Positions 9,463 to 18,648 of a stretch of 45,982 bases of DNA are shown here, piece after piece (within the stretch, counting starts at the first letter, position 1; each line of letters opens with the position of its first letter). The notes beneath the pieces were generated by a model. The model searched no databases. It had not been told where the DNA came from and saw only the letters and a program-made list of their open reading frames with translations. Made by a program: the position numbers and the translations under genes. This stretch comes from Candidatus Kaiserbacteria bacterium (GTDB lineage: Bacteria; Patescibacteriota; Minisyncoccia; Phycocordibacterales; UBA2100), in the NCBI GenBank assembly GCA_027066795.1, contig JAMONA010000013.1, positions 1 to 45,982 on the forward strand, written 5' to 3'.

Positions 9463-9810
9463 TTACGTTATTTTCTCCGATACGACCTGCCTCTCACCAA
9501 AATATTTAACTGCAGTATCTCGTGCAGTATTCATGGTTTTTATTAACTCATCATACGGCATCTGAAAATGTTGCATGCAGTCATCTACAGAGGCTTTTGT
9601 ATTACTAGCAAGCCAAGACGTGCACAGCTTTATAGATCTAATATTAACCTTAAATACAGAGGGCGCATACTCCCTACCTTCTCTCTTTGGTATGTAAACG
9701 AGAGATTCAGATCCTTTTGTAAGATATTGCGGGTTATACCTCTCTACAACATCATGCGCTAGCCCAGCTAACGTGTATTCAGAATCAGTATCTTTAAGTG
9801 CCTCATTCAT
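9463..9810 (-). CDS. Hypothetical protein
   Basis: 115-aa ORF preceded by TGtTAAAAT about 11 nt before the ATG. No motif recognised. Confidence 0.55.
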   Translation of the reverse strand: MNEALKDTDSEYTLAGLAHDVVERYNPQYLTKGSESLVYIPKREGREYAPSVFKVNIRSIKLCTSWLASNTKASVDDCMQHFQMPYDELIKTMNTARDTAVKYFGERQVVSEKIT

Positions 9811-9840
9811 GTTAGAAATAATTTTAACATAACTGTATAC

Positions 9841-12800
9841 CTACCGCATCAGGTCTCTCAGCTCACAATACTTACATTTGCCTAGTTTGTGGTCTTCGCA
9901 ACGATTGTTCCAGAAGTCTAGGTTTAATATTTCATTACTTACCCTGCTTACCTCCTCCTTTAGCTGATCCACCTCATCACCTTCTATAATGAAACTCTCC
10001 TTGCGCAGCTTACCACTCTTGGCATCTGGTTGTATAAAGTCTATCTCTGCACTCTGCATCTCGTACACTCTGCCCTTGCCTGTCTTTTTTACATCGTCAT
10101 TATGCAGTCCTAGCATAAGTTTATAGAAGATCAGTTGCCTATAATAATCTCCATTACTACTCTTGGTGTTACCCATAATATCATTACGGCTCTTGGGCTT
10201 ACCTGTCTTATAGTCTACAACCACTACACCTTCATTCTCTGAGTTGCCAAGCTCTAGCTTATCTAGCTTGCCGCGCAGTAGTACATGTGGCAATTCGTTA
10301 CTCTCTATCGGTAGGTGGACCTTAAGGTCTAACTCACTCTTAGTATTCATATTAAGTTTGCCTTTATAGTGCTCTAGCCAAGCTGTGAGCACCTCCTCAC
10401 CCCTCTTAAGACCCTCCTTAAACTCAGTGCTTGTAAGTGGCTGTTTACCAAGCACTCTCTCAAACTCTTTAAGAAGCTTTGCCTTACTTGATTGTTTCTT
10501 GCTATTAGAGTGCTCAAAGTGATACTGCAAGGCTCCGTGAACGGCATTACCAAATGCTAGATGCTTGCTAGGTGGCTCTGGTATTCGTACCAAGTTACGG
10601 TAAAAGTACTGCCACGGACAAGTAAGATAGTTATTAAGTGCCGTTACTGAAAGTCCGAAGTCTATAAATAGGCCGTTTAGGAATTCCTTGTCTTGCACCA
10701 AGCTTTCTGGTGGGTTAAGTGCTTTAAAGTACTCCGCAGAGTCTATACTTTGCTCAAACTCACTTGTAGTTACTGTAGAGTAACGCTCATCAGCTAGCTC
10801 ATCTAAAAATATACTAGGCAGCTGCACAGTCCCACTTGCAGACTGGTTACTATAGCTCATACTCACACCAACTCTTGCACGTGTAAGTGCCACATAAAAT
10901 AAGCGTCGCTCGTCATCATTATCTCCAGCCGTTATACCCAAGCCTGGTAACTTAAAGGAGTCCATACTACGCTTATTACCCCAACGCTTATCTTTCATGC
11001 CAATTATATATACATAGTCAAATTCTAACCCCTTACTCTTATGTGCTGTCATCAAGCGTACTGCACCACCACTTCCGCCTGAACCACTCTTTTTAATAGG
11101 TATGTTGTACTCCTCTAAGAGTTGCAGGTGCTCTACCAAAGCAGCAGCCGTATAATCTGGGTCCCGCACTGATAGCTCTGTGATGAGTGTTACGAGACCA
11201 CGCAGCTTCTCTACTAACTCTCCTGCCCTCTTAGAGTTAAGTACGTAGGTAAGGAAGCCAGACTCACGCACAAGAGTATTAAAAAACACTGGAACAGACT
11301 CCTTTTGTGACTTATCAGCTAGATCCTTGAGCTTACCCATAAACTCTAATGCCTCAATAACATTAGTGTGTGCATCTTTAAGCAACCCCTTACTACTTAA
11401 TATATCAAACACACTAAGTCTCTCACGGCGAGCATGCCTAAGTATCCTATAAGCATTGGTAGGTGAAAGCCCTAAAAACGATAGATGCATAGCTGGCACG
11501 AGTCTTGTGGCACTACCATACTCTGTCACAGCATAGAGCACTATCAGCAACTTGCGTATATCTGGGTCGGCAAGCACATTTTGGTTGCTCTCTATGCGAT
11601 GAGGTATGCCCTCCCGCTCTAGCGCATTACTCACAAGTTCAGCATCTGCATTGTTGCGGTAGAGTACTGCCACCTCGCTGTGCTCTACACCTTGCTCTAT
11701 CTTCTCTCCGATATTTTTAGCTACCCACATTAGCTCATTATCTTCGCTAGCAAACTCTCTTAACTCTACGCCACTTTTACTAATGCCTGCATGAGACTCT
11801 AGTGGTGCATTATACAAAGTATTGCCCTCCATAAGACTATGTGCACCATCAAGTATCTCTTGCCCCGAGCGGTAGTTGCGCTCTAAAGTTATAAGCTTGG
11901 CACTTGTATATAGTTTTTTAAAATAGTTAAAATTCTCAAGTGATGCTCCTTGAAATCGAAATATCGCCTGCTTCTCATCTCCTACTATAAAGAGGTTTGG
12001 GTTGCTATAATAGCTGGCCAACAGCTCTAAAATCTTATTTTGTGCCCCATTGGCATCTTGGTGCTCATCTGCAAGTATATATTGGTATTGCTCTTGAAGG
12101 CGTTGTAGTAGCTCGCTATTACTCTCCATGGCATGCATAGCCTCTAGTATCATGTCTTCATAATCATAGAGTTTTAGCTCTCGTAGTTTCTCTTCATAAT
12201 CAGCATATATATGGGCAAGTTCACGCCCCTTCTCTATCCTCTTTAGCTCGTCGGCATATTTGGCCTTCATCTTGCCCTTGTGTGCACCTTTAGTGTGATG
12301 AAGGTCGTCAGCCTGACCTACGCCCTGCTCTTGCTCGGCCAGTAGCGTAAGTAGCTTGCTTGGCGAGACACCCTCACGCTTTAACTCACTAAGCTTACCC
12401 CTTATTGGTCCTAAAAAGTAGAAGTTGTTACTAAACGGCTTTAAATGTGTGAGCTCACTATCTGTAATAATATCTCTAAGCAGAGTAACCTGCTCTATAT
12501 CTGTTATGGGTTCACTGCCTATTATGCGCTCAAACTCGTTTGGGTATTTCTTAATCACCTCATTACAAAAACCGTGGTATGTATGTATCGCTACCTTATA
12601 GCCATCTTGCCCTATAATGCTCACAAGGCGCTTGCGCATGGCAGAGACACCAGCCTCGGTAAAGGTAAGTGCTAGTATGTTATCTGCATTAGTATCTGTC
12701 TCTCGTAAAATATTAGCTATGCGCAGTGTGAGTATTTGCGTCTTGCCAGTGCCTGGGCCAGCTACCACCATTACAGAGCCCTCAACTGTATCTACGGCCT

Positions 12801-12879
12801 CTCGCTGCCCGTCATTAAGGATCTTATAGAGCTTACTAAACTCTGGTGTTGTTTTAGCTTTAGCTGTAACGTCTTTCAT
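9841..12879 (-). CDS. UvrD/PcrA-family helicase fused to C-terminal PD-(D/E)xK (RecB-like) nuclease
   Basis: Walker A AGPGTGKT, ALTFT, DEHQD, VGDEKQAIFRF, NYRS, MTAHKSKGLEF and ERRLFYVALTRA. Nuclease motifs RGKLD, VDYKTG and YRQLIFY. Confidence 0.92.
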   Translation of the reverse strand: MKDVTAKAKTTPEFSKLYKILNDGQREAVDTVEGSVMVVAGPGTGKTQILTLRIANILRETDTNADNILALTFTEAGVSAMRKRLVSIIGQDGYKVAIHTYHGFCNEVIKKYPNEFERIIGSEPITDIEQVTLLRDIITDSELTHLKPFSNNFYFLGPIRGKLSELKREGVSPSKLLTLLAEQEQGVGQADDLHHTKGAHKGKMKAKYADELKRIEKGRELAHIYADYEEKLRELKLYDYEDMILEAMHAMESNSELLQRLQEQYQYILADEHQDANGAQNKILELLASYYSNPNLFIVGDEKQAIFRFQGASLENFNYFKKLYTSAKLITLERNYRSGQEILDGAHSLMEGNTLYNAPLESHAGISKSGVELREFASEDNELMWVAKNIGEKIEQGVEHSEVAVLYRNNADAELVSNALEREGIPHRIESNQNVLADPDIRKLLIVLYAVTEYGSATRLVPAMHLSFLGLSPTNAYRILRHARRERLSVFDILSSKGLLKDAHTNVIEALEFMGKLKDLADKSQKESVPVFFNTLVRESGFLTYVLNSKRAGELVEKLRGLVTLITELSVRDPDYTAAALVEHLQLLEEYNIPIKKSGSGGSGGAVRLMTAHKSKGLEFDYVYIIGMKDKRWGNKRSMDSFKLPGLGITAGDNDDERRLFYVALTRARVGVSMSYSNQSASGTVQLPSIFLDELADERYSTVTTSEFEQSIDSAEYFKALNPPESLVQDKEFLNGLFIDFGLSVTALNNYLTCPWQYFYRNLVRIPEPPSKHLAFGNAVHGALQYHFEHSNSKKQSSKAKLLKEFERVLGKQPLTSTEFKEGLKRGEEVLTAWLEHYKGKLNMNTKSELDLKVHLPIESNELPHVLLRGKLDKLELGNSENEGVVVVDYKTGKPKSRNDIMGNTKSSNGDYYRQLIFYKLMLGLHNDDVKKTGKGRVYEMQSAEIDFIQPDAKSGKLRKESFIIEGDEVDQLKEEVSRVSNEILNLDFWNNRCEDHKLGKCKYCELRDLMR

Positions 12880-12938
12880 TACCCTAAGTATAGCATCTGG
12901 ACATTATTTTACCTGCTGCAAGAGCCTTATATAAAGCA

Positions 12939-14645
12939 TTAGCGGTCAGGCGCTATATCTAGGTGGTTGATTAAGAATTTTGAGATATTTATAAATGGGT
13001 CGGTTAGCGTCTCAGATGCATACCGTGCACCGTTTGGTTCAAGATTCATCAATAAAACTATAAACTCAGCGTTATATGATGGACCATATCCTACAAACGT
13101 GTGCAGGTATGCATCGTCTCTATATCCACCTGCAGTAGCAAGCTGTGCAGTACCCGTCTTAATTCCTAGTGAATAATGTGGCATTTTGTGCTTGCCGCCA
13201 GCTAAGACCTCATCGACAACCTTAGTCAGCATTTTAGCAATAGTCTCTGCTGTCTCTGGTTTAAAGACTCGTACTTTTTGGTCACTGTAGTCAAACTTCT
13301 TATCTAAGCCAGTATTATACTCTATACGTTTTACCATATGTGGTTGCACCATATAACCACCATTGGCTACTGCCGCAAGTGCACGTATGGTGGCAATAGG
13401 TGTAAACGCTACACCTTGTCCAAAACTAGCTGTAGCAAATTCTATCTCTCGTTCACTCTCAAGGTTATTAACCATACCTACAGCCTCTGCTGGCAAATCT
13501 ATACCAGTCTCTTCACCAAGTGATAATTTGTCTATAAAGTATTCACGCATCTGTTTGTGCCCAACCCTTTCAGCAATAAAGGCTACACCTGTATTTAATG
13601 ACTGACTGAGCACCTCCTGCATCGGCACAACCCCGCGGGCCCTACCGTCGTAATTGTGTATAGTGGCACCATTTAAAGTTAAGCTACCCTTATCATTATA
13701 TGTAGTTTCCGCCTTCACAGCCCCTGTGTCTATACCTATTGCCATTGTAAGCACTTTTATTATTGAGCCCATCTCATATACACCACTAATTAACGGGTTA
13801 GAAAACCTTACACCAGATATATTATTAAAATTATTCAAATCAAATTTAGGAGATACTGCCATTGCTAGTATTTCACCTGTCTGCGGATCCATAACTATAA
13901 CAGCTGTCATCTTGCTACCCCATTTGTCTTTAACTTTAAGAATTTCCTCCTCTACAAATACCTGCACCGTCGGGTCTATTGTAAGCACTATGTCACCCTC
14001 TCTGGCACCACCCTCTGCTAAATCACTTAGATTGGTAAATAGCTCTGCAAAAAAGTTTACATACAAGTTACTTGAATCACGTGCTAAAATATCTTCATAA
14101 TATCGCTCTAGTCCGTAACGTCCTACTTTGTTATTATTCTCATCAAAACCTACAAAACCAAGTATATGTGAGCCCATATCACCCCCTGGATAGTAGCGCT
14201 CCCTCTGTTGGGTCAATATTACACCTGGTAGTTTAAGCCTACGCACAGAGTCTGCAATATCTTGAGTCAGCCCCTTTGCTAGTTCTTCATATGGGTCTTT
14301 TACTTTTGCAACCTTGTATTTATATTCTTCCTCGTCTATAGGCAATACTTCATTTATTTTTTTATATACATCTTCACTATCAACGATATTTCTTGGGTCT
14401 ATGGCTAATATAAAACGAGAGTGCACTGTAGCACTAGCAATCTTAGTGCCACCACGATGAGTCATGAATATGTTGCCTCTGTCATATATACCGACTTTCG
14501 TATTTACGTACTGATGTGATGCTTCTATATCATAAGCAGGTCCGTCAATCACCTGTAAAAAATATAATCGTACTACCAATAATAAAACTATACTGACAAA
14601 AACTATTGTCATCATCCATATGCGCATCACGAGTAGTTTACGCAT
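12939..14645 (-). CDS. ftsI: Class B penicillin-binding protein (FtsI/PBP2-like)
   Basis: N-terminal TM, RG.I, RYYP, GLE, SxxK (GSIIK), SxN (SLN) and KTG motifs. Located after mraZ-rsmH-ftsL. Confidence 0.88.
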   Translation of the reverse strand: MRKLLVMRIWMMTIVFVSIVLLLVVRLYFLQVIDGPAYDIEASHQYVNTKVGIYDRGNIFMTHRGGTKIASATVHSRFILAIDPRNIVDSEDVYKKINEVLPIDEEEYKYKVAKVKDPYEELAKGLTQDIADSVRRLKLPGVILTQQRERYYPGGDMGSHILGFVGFDENNNKVGRYGLERYYEDILARDSSNLYVNFFAELFTNLSDLAEGGAREGDIVLTIDPTVQVFVEEEILKVKDKWGSKMTAVIVMDPQTGEILAMAVSPKFDLNNFNNISGVRFSNPLISGVYEMGSIIKVLTMAIGIDTGAVKAETTYNDKGSLTLNGATIHNYDGRARGVVPMQEVLSQSLNTGVAFIAERVGHKQMREYFIDKLSLGEETGIDLPAEAVGMVNNLESEREIEFATASFGQGVAFTPIATIRALAAVANGGYMVQPHMVKRIEYNTGLDKKFDYSDQKVRVFKPETAETIAKMLTKVVDEVLAGGKHKMPHYSLGIKTGTAQLATAGGYRDDAYLHTFVGYGPSYNAEFIVLLMNLEPNGARYASETLTDPFINISKFLINHLDIAPDR

Positions 14646-14656
14646 TTTTATTATAA

Positions 14657-14974
14657 TTAGTTAGCTTGCCCTACAAGCACACGACGCTCTGTAAAACCTT
14701 TAGAGGCAACAGGACCAAGGCCAGCTCCAGAGGCACGAGCCATAGTGATACCACTTACCCTTGTTATATACTCATTCTCCATTTGGGATATCTCTGCTCG
14801 TATCATGGCTGTTCGTGTCTCTGCCTCCTTACGTATCACTACATTCTTCACTGATAAGCCTATAAAAGTAACATAACTTGCTAACAGAACAGTTATCATA
14901 AGTGTCAGCATTATAAAAACTCTTAACTTTATAACTTGTACTAATATTCTGTTGTTTTGTCTCCTTACTTTCAT
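14657..14974 (-). CDS. FtsL-like bitopic cell division protein
   Basis: One TM helix followed by a coiled coil, located between rsmH and ftsI. Confidence 0.65.
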   Translation of the reverse strand: MKVRRQNNRILVQVIKLRVFIMLTLMITVLLASYVTFIGLSVKNVVIRKEAETRTAMIRAEISQMENEYITRVSGITMARASGAGLGPVASKGFTERRVLVGQAN

Positions 14975-15005
14975 AATTTTATAAATTTACTTTTGTTTAA
15001 AATTC

Positions 15006-15917
15006 TTAATCTCTTTGAAATACTCGTAATTTACTACTCCTTGCTCTTTTGTTCTCTCTTACCTCCTCATTCGTAGGTGCTATAGGCTTCTTGGTTATTA
15101 TTGTGCCTAAGCCGTCCTCTTGCCACTGTCTAAACAACCTCTTAACCAACCGGTCTTCAAGTGAGTGAAAGGTTATTACCCCTACTCTACCTCCTGGCTT
15201 AATATATTTAAGCACCTTGTCTAATGCCTCTTTAGCAGCACCTAACTCGTCATTAACTGTTATTCTCAAGGCCTGGAAGCTCTTAGTGGCAGGGTTCGTC
15301 TTACCGTGTCTGTAGTGTGCTGGCACTGCAGCAGTGATTATGCTCACCAATTGCTCGGTGGTCGTTATCTCTGCCTCTGTACGCGCTTCTACTATCGCTT
15401 TAGCTATGCGGCGTGAATACCTCTCACCACCGTAGCCATAGATAATGTCTGCGATATTCTCCTCTTGCCAGTCGTTAACTATTTCCTTGGCAGTTAAAGT
15501 ATCCTCACCAACCATATCGCTAAGTGTCATGGTTAAGGGCTCCTCATTTTGAAAGGTAAAGCCTCTACCACTCACCTCTAGCTGGTCACTAGAAAGGCCA
15601 AGGTCAAACAGCGCAGCATCAAGCCACTGGATTTTAAGAGTGCCTAAGACCTTGTCTAAATTACGGAAGTTGTCTTGCATTAAATGCAGTCCTGGCAACT
15701 TATCTACCAGAGTAGTTTCTAGATTATACTTAGCTCTCTCTATAGCTCTTGAGTCAGCATCTATACCTATTAAAACTCCATTAGCACCTACTTCTTGAGC
15801 CATTGCAGCCGCGTGGCCACCACCTCCAAGCGTACCGTCAAGCACTGTACCACCTTTTGGTATATTTAAATTTTTGAGTACTTCTTGTAAAAGAACTGGT
15901 ACATGCACCGTGTGCAT
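15006..15917 (-). CDS. rsmH: 16S rRNA m4C1402 methyltransferase
   Basis: HVPVLL, DGTLGGGGH, DLGLSS.QL, FQALRI.VN and ITFHSLEDR. Start could be as far upstream as 15995. Confidence 0.96.
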   Translation of the reverse strand: MHTVHVPVLLQEVLKNLNIPKGGTVLDGTLGGGGHAAAMAQEVGANGVLIGIDADSRAIERAKYNLETTLVDKLPGLHLMQDNFRNLDKVLGTLKIQWLDAALFDLGLSSDQLEVSGRGFTFQNEEPLTMTLSDMVGEDTLTAKEIVNDWQEENIADIIYGYGGERYSRRIAKAIVEARTEAEITTTEQLVSIITAAVPAHYRHGKTNPATKSFQALRITVNDELGAAKEALDKVLKYIKPGGRVGVITFHSLEDRLVKRLFRQWQEDGLGTIITKKPIAPTNEEVRENKRARSSKLRVFQRD

Positions 15918-16036
15918 ACTTACCTCGACCGCTTGTTGCGAGTCTGAGCCGGTGGAGGATTGGCTATGATTGTTAAGTGTGCGCATGACATTCATAAAAT
16001 TCCCCCAGCCGCTCAGAGCAGCAACTAATTACTATC

Positions 16037-16471
16037 CTAAAGAACCCCTATCTCTCCCAATTTGCTTGCCATCATATCTCCATTTTGCTCCATTTTCTTA
16101 CTATATGACTTCCACAATTTTGCATCCCAGAGCTCGACTCTACTCTGTACACCGGTTAGCACCACCTCACGGCTGAGCTTAGCAAATTGCTTAAGGTGCT
16201 CTGGTACTACTACTCTACCTGCCTTGTCTAGCTCTGCTTCTGTAGCACCTGCTAAAAAGAAACGACTAAAGCCTCTAGAGTTAGCATCTGCCATAGAGAG
16301 GCCTGCAAGCTTCTCTGTGATCTTCTTCCACTCTTGTTGAGAATATACAAACAAGGAACTATCTAACCCTCTTGTTACTACAATCTTTTTACCCAGCTCG
16401 CTTTTAAACTTAGTAGGCAGTGTGAGCCTGTTCTTGTCGTCTAACGTGTGGGTATATTCTCCTAGTAACAT
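16037..16471 (-). CDS. mraZ: Division/cell-wall cluster transcriptional repressor MraZ
   Basis: GEY.HTLDDKNRL…LDKAGRV…VELW, located upstream of rsmH. Confidence 0.96.
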   Translation of the reverse strand: MLLGEYTHTLDDKNRLTLPTKFKSELGKKIVVTRGLDSSLFVYSQQEWKKITEKLAGLSMADANSRGFSRFFLAGATEAELDKAGRVVVPEHLKQFAKLSREVVLTGVQSRVELWDAKLWKSYSKKMEQNGDMMASKLGEIGVL

Positions 16472-16493
16472 ATTATTTAAGTGATTTAATTAC

Positions 16494-16530
16494 TACCACT
16501 TCGTCCCACTATACACCACTACAACCCACT
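16494..16530 (-). promoter_or_regulatory. MraZ operator (four GTGG boxes, 10-bp period)
   Basis: Minus strand reads AGTGGGTTGT-AGTGGTGTAT-AGTGGGACGA-AGTGGTA just upstream of mraZ, matching the known MraZ-binding repeat architecture. Confidence 0.85.
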
Positions 16531-16542
16531 ATGCCTAATAAC

Positions 16543-16551
16543 TTATCCACA
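16543..16551 (+). promoter_or_regulatory. DnaA-box consensus
   Basis: Perfect TTATCCACA next to the mraZ operator. Confidence 0.4.
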
Positions 16552-16564
16552 ATAGTTAAACTCC

Positions 16565-16601
16565 AAGTAAAAAAGCGAGGCAACGCCTCGCTTTTTTACT
16601 T
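16565..16601. terminator. Bidirectional intrinsic terminator
   Basis: Perfect 17-bp inverted repeat AAGTAAAAAAGCGAGGC-aac-GCCTCGCTTTTTTACTT. Confidence 0.85.
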
Positions 16602-16625
16602 ACTTATTTATATTACTATTTAAAG

Positions 16626-16663
16626 CACTTGAGGTACCAGAGTGATATAATCTGTATTACTAT
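16626..16663. repeat. Direct repeat copy 1 (duplicated 3' end of the 17927-18358 gene)
   Basis: CACTTGAGGTACCAGAGTGATATAATCTGTATTACTAT is identical to 17946-17983. The minus strand around it translates as LVAIVIQIISLWYLKCFK*. Confidence 0.95.
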
Positions 16664-16699
16664 GGCTACAAGCATCTAACTATTTAGCTGTAAAAATAT

Positions 16700-16757
16700 A
16701 ATTAAACTTGCATGAACGCAAGTTTAATTGTCATTTATAGAAAATGTGCTATATTCA
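16700..16757 (+). promoter_or_regulatory. Palindromic operator overlapping a sigma70 promoter
   Basis: 12-bp inverted repeat AATTAAACTTGC-atgaac-GCAAGTTTAATT (16700-16729) overlaps TTGTCA-N16-TATATT, which has a TG extension. Confidence 0.6.
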
Positions 16758-16821
16758 TAAGTAGAAAATACTACAGTCATAAAACACAAAACTTTTAAAC
16801 CTTAGGAAGGAGGTTAGTCCG

Positions 16822-17865
16822 ATGAATACATGTATACATGGAATACAATCTAAATTGTGTGGTTACTGCAACGGCACAAAAAAAGTGGGGTCTAGAATAA
16901 ATGTCCCTAAAAATATACCGAGTAATGAGAGCTTAGTTAATGCAGCCGCAGCCCTAACCAAAAAAGAACTACCTGTAAATAACGCAATATCTATTCGACC
17001 AAAACGAGGACACCCAAGCCTTGTTCAATTAGGGCCGAATATAACTTTCATTCACTTCCTTGAGCGACCGGCAATATGGCTAATTGAGGAAGTGTTAGCA
17101 AAATGCCCAAATCTTAAGACCGTTCAATTCTTACCTAATATGTTAAGCAGCATATCTCCGGCCCAAAAAGAACTCCTCTCGAACAAAAAAGTAAACTTTA
17201 CTTCTGGACACTGGAAACCAGAAGCAGCATGGGCTGGGCCGCGTATCCTTAGTCCAGACTATCATGTTAAAAAAGAGTTCTTGATGGATCTAAGTGGAGA
17301 CCAACTTAAATTGTTCCAAGAACTTTTGGACCTCGGGTTTGATGAAGCTCTGTTGGCCTCAAGGTACTTTTGTTTAAAAGGAGAGGACTTTATAAGTCAA
17401 CGAGAGTGCTCCGAAAAGTTCGATCTAAACTTTAAAATAAAAGCAATTGGAGGGAGCTTGTTCATCAATGCAGTAATTTCTTATCTTGACCCCCACTTCA
17501 AAGTATCAAATGATACCAAACTAAAGATGGAGACTATGCGCAAGTCTGTGTTCAGAATACGGGAAATGTTGCAAAATAAAAACGAAATGGATAACTTATT
17601 ATCCGAACTGCAAATAACAAAACTCCCAGACAACCTGACACTCTCAAAAATAGAAAAATTTAGTTCTATTTGCAAAGCTTACAACTCTGGACAACTCTCG
17701 TTACTTAAGGAGAAGCGCCATGCTGAGATACTTACCCAACGCTGGGGTCTAAATAACGGTTGTTTTAAAACACTGGAAGCTGTAGGCGAACTTTTTAGTG
17801 TTACAAGAGAGCGCATAAGGCAAATCGAGGCAGAATCTTTAGATACACTGCGTATAATAGACTAG
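16822..17865 (+). CDS. Putative DNA-binding regulator: CxH/CxxC knuckle + DUF1699-like domain + C-terminal sigma70 region 4 HTH
   Basis: AGGAGG SD, N-terminal CIHG…CGYC, and C-terminal RWGL…KTLEAVGELFSVTRERIRQIE (sigma70 r4). No sigma region 2 is seen. Confidence 0.75.
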   Translation: MNTCIHGIQSKLCGYCNGTKKVGSRINVPKNIPSNESLVNAAAALTKKELPVNNAISIRPKRGHPSLVQLGPNITFIHFLERPAIWLIEEVLAKCPNLKTVQFLPNMLSSISPAQKELLSNKKVNFTSGHWKPEAAWAGPRILSPDYHVKKEFLMDLSGDQLKLFQELLDLGFDEALLASRYFCLKGEDFISQRECSEKFDLNFKIKAIGGSLFINAVISYLDPHFKVSNDTKLKMETMRKSVFRIREMLQNKNEMDNLLSELQITKLPDNLTLSKIEKFSSICKAYNSGQLSLLKEKRHAEILTQRWGLNNGCFKTLEAVGELFSVTRERIRQIEAESLDTLRIID

Positions 17866-17892
17866 TACAAAACCGATCTTTACTAACAAACT

Positions 17893-17925
17893 TGACTACG
17901 ATTTTCATATCGTAGTCATTTTTTT
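17893..17925 (+). terminator. Intrinsic terminator of the islet gene
   Basis: TGACTACGAT-tttcat-ATCGTAGTCA followed by a T run. Confidence 0.8.
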
Positions 17926-17926
17926 A

Positions 17927-18358
17927 TTAAAATTTCAAACTAAAACACTTGAGGTACCAGAGTGATATAATCTGTATTACTATTGCCATAACCACCATCT
18001 CTACAGCATAGTGTGTAAAGTAGCCTAGTGAACCAGCCGGTAACAATGATGCAAATACCACACTACCAAACAAGGCTCCACAGAGTGGTCCACCTACACC
18101 ACACATCTGTAATGCTATGAAGCCCAAGGCAGTTCCAATGATGCCAAATATGCCAGCGCCTTGTGCCTTAGCTGTATTAGCTCTGTGCCTCATAACCTTC
18201 ACGAGGCATGTCATGTTTAGAGAAAAAACTATTATAAATACCAATCCAAGATAAACATATGGACCGTTAAGTATGTGACTAGGTAAAATAAATAAGGCAA
18301 GCAAAAAAGCTACAGTAAAAACAACTACTGATACAACATCATTAAACAATGCCTTCAT
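17927..18358 (-). CDS. Hypothetical membrane protein (about 4-5 TM)
   Basis: Highly hydrophobic 143 aa with CGVGGPLC. Leaderless-type TGgTATACT upstream. Confidence 0.75.
   Translation of the reverse strand: MKALFNDVVSVVVFTVAFLLALFILPSHILNGPYVYLGLVFIIVFSLNMTCLVKVMRHRANTAKAQGAGIFGIIGTALGFIALQMCGVGGPLCGALFGSVVFASLLPAGSLGYFTHYAVEMVVMAIVIQIISLWYLKCFSLKF
17946..17983. repeat. Direct repeat copy 2
   Basis: Identical to 16626-16663, offset by exactly 1320 bp. Confidence 0.95.
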
Positions 18359-18414
18359 ATACTCACGAGTATACCACAGGCAACTAGATCACTTACTTTC
18401 TAACACCAGAATAT

Positions 18415-18645
18415 CTATAAATTAATAATAGTGATATCGTCTTCTTTAACTGGCATTATTAAGATTGCTATAATATAAGCAAAAACACCAGGGAAAAAAC
18501 CTGTGACAAGAACAAAGAGTGCGAATAGAACTCTTAATAGAGTAACATCTACAGAGAAGTATCTAGAAAATCCAATAATCACACCTGCCAGCACTTGTCC
18601 ATCTACATGCCTATATAACTTCTTTGGTGTAATCTGCATATGCAT
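18415..18645 (-). CDS. PspC domain protein
   Basis: KKLYR…LAGV..G…YF.VD.TLLRV…AYII….MP. Confidence 0.88.
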   Translation of the reverse strand: MHMQITPKKLYRHVDGQVLAGVIIGFSRYFSVDVTLLRVLFALFVLVTGFFPGVFAYIIAILIMPVKEDDITIINL

Positions 18646-18648
18646 ATG

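Noticed and set aside
16491..16530. 10-bp periodic CCACT repeats as a CRISPR or iteron array
   Set aside because: Too short and without spacers. Explained as the MraZ operator.
16822..17865. Calling the islet gene a sigma factor (rpoD-like)
   Set aside because: Only region 4 is recognisable. No region 1.2 or region 2 motifs are seen.
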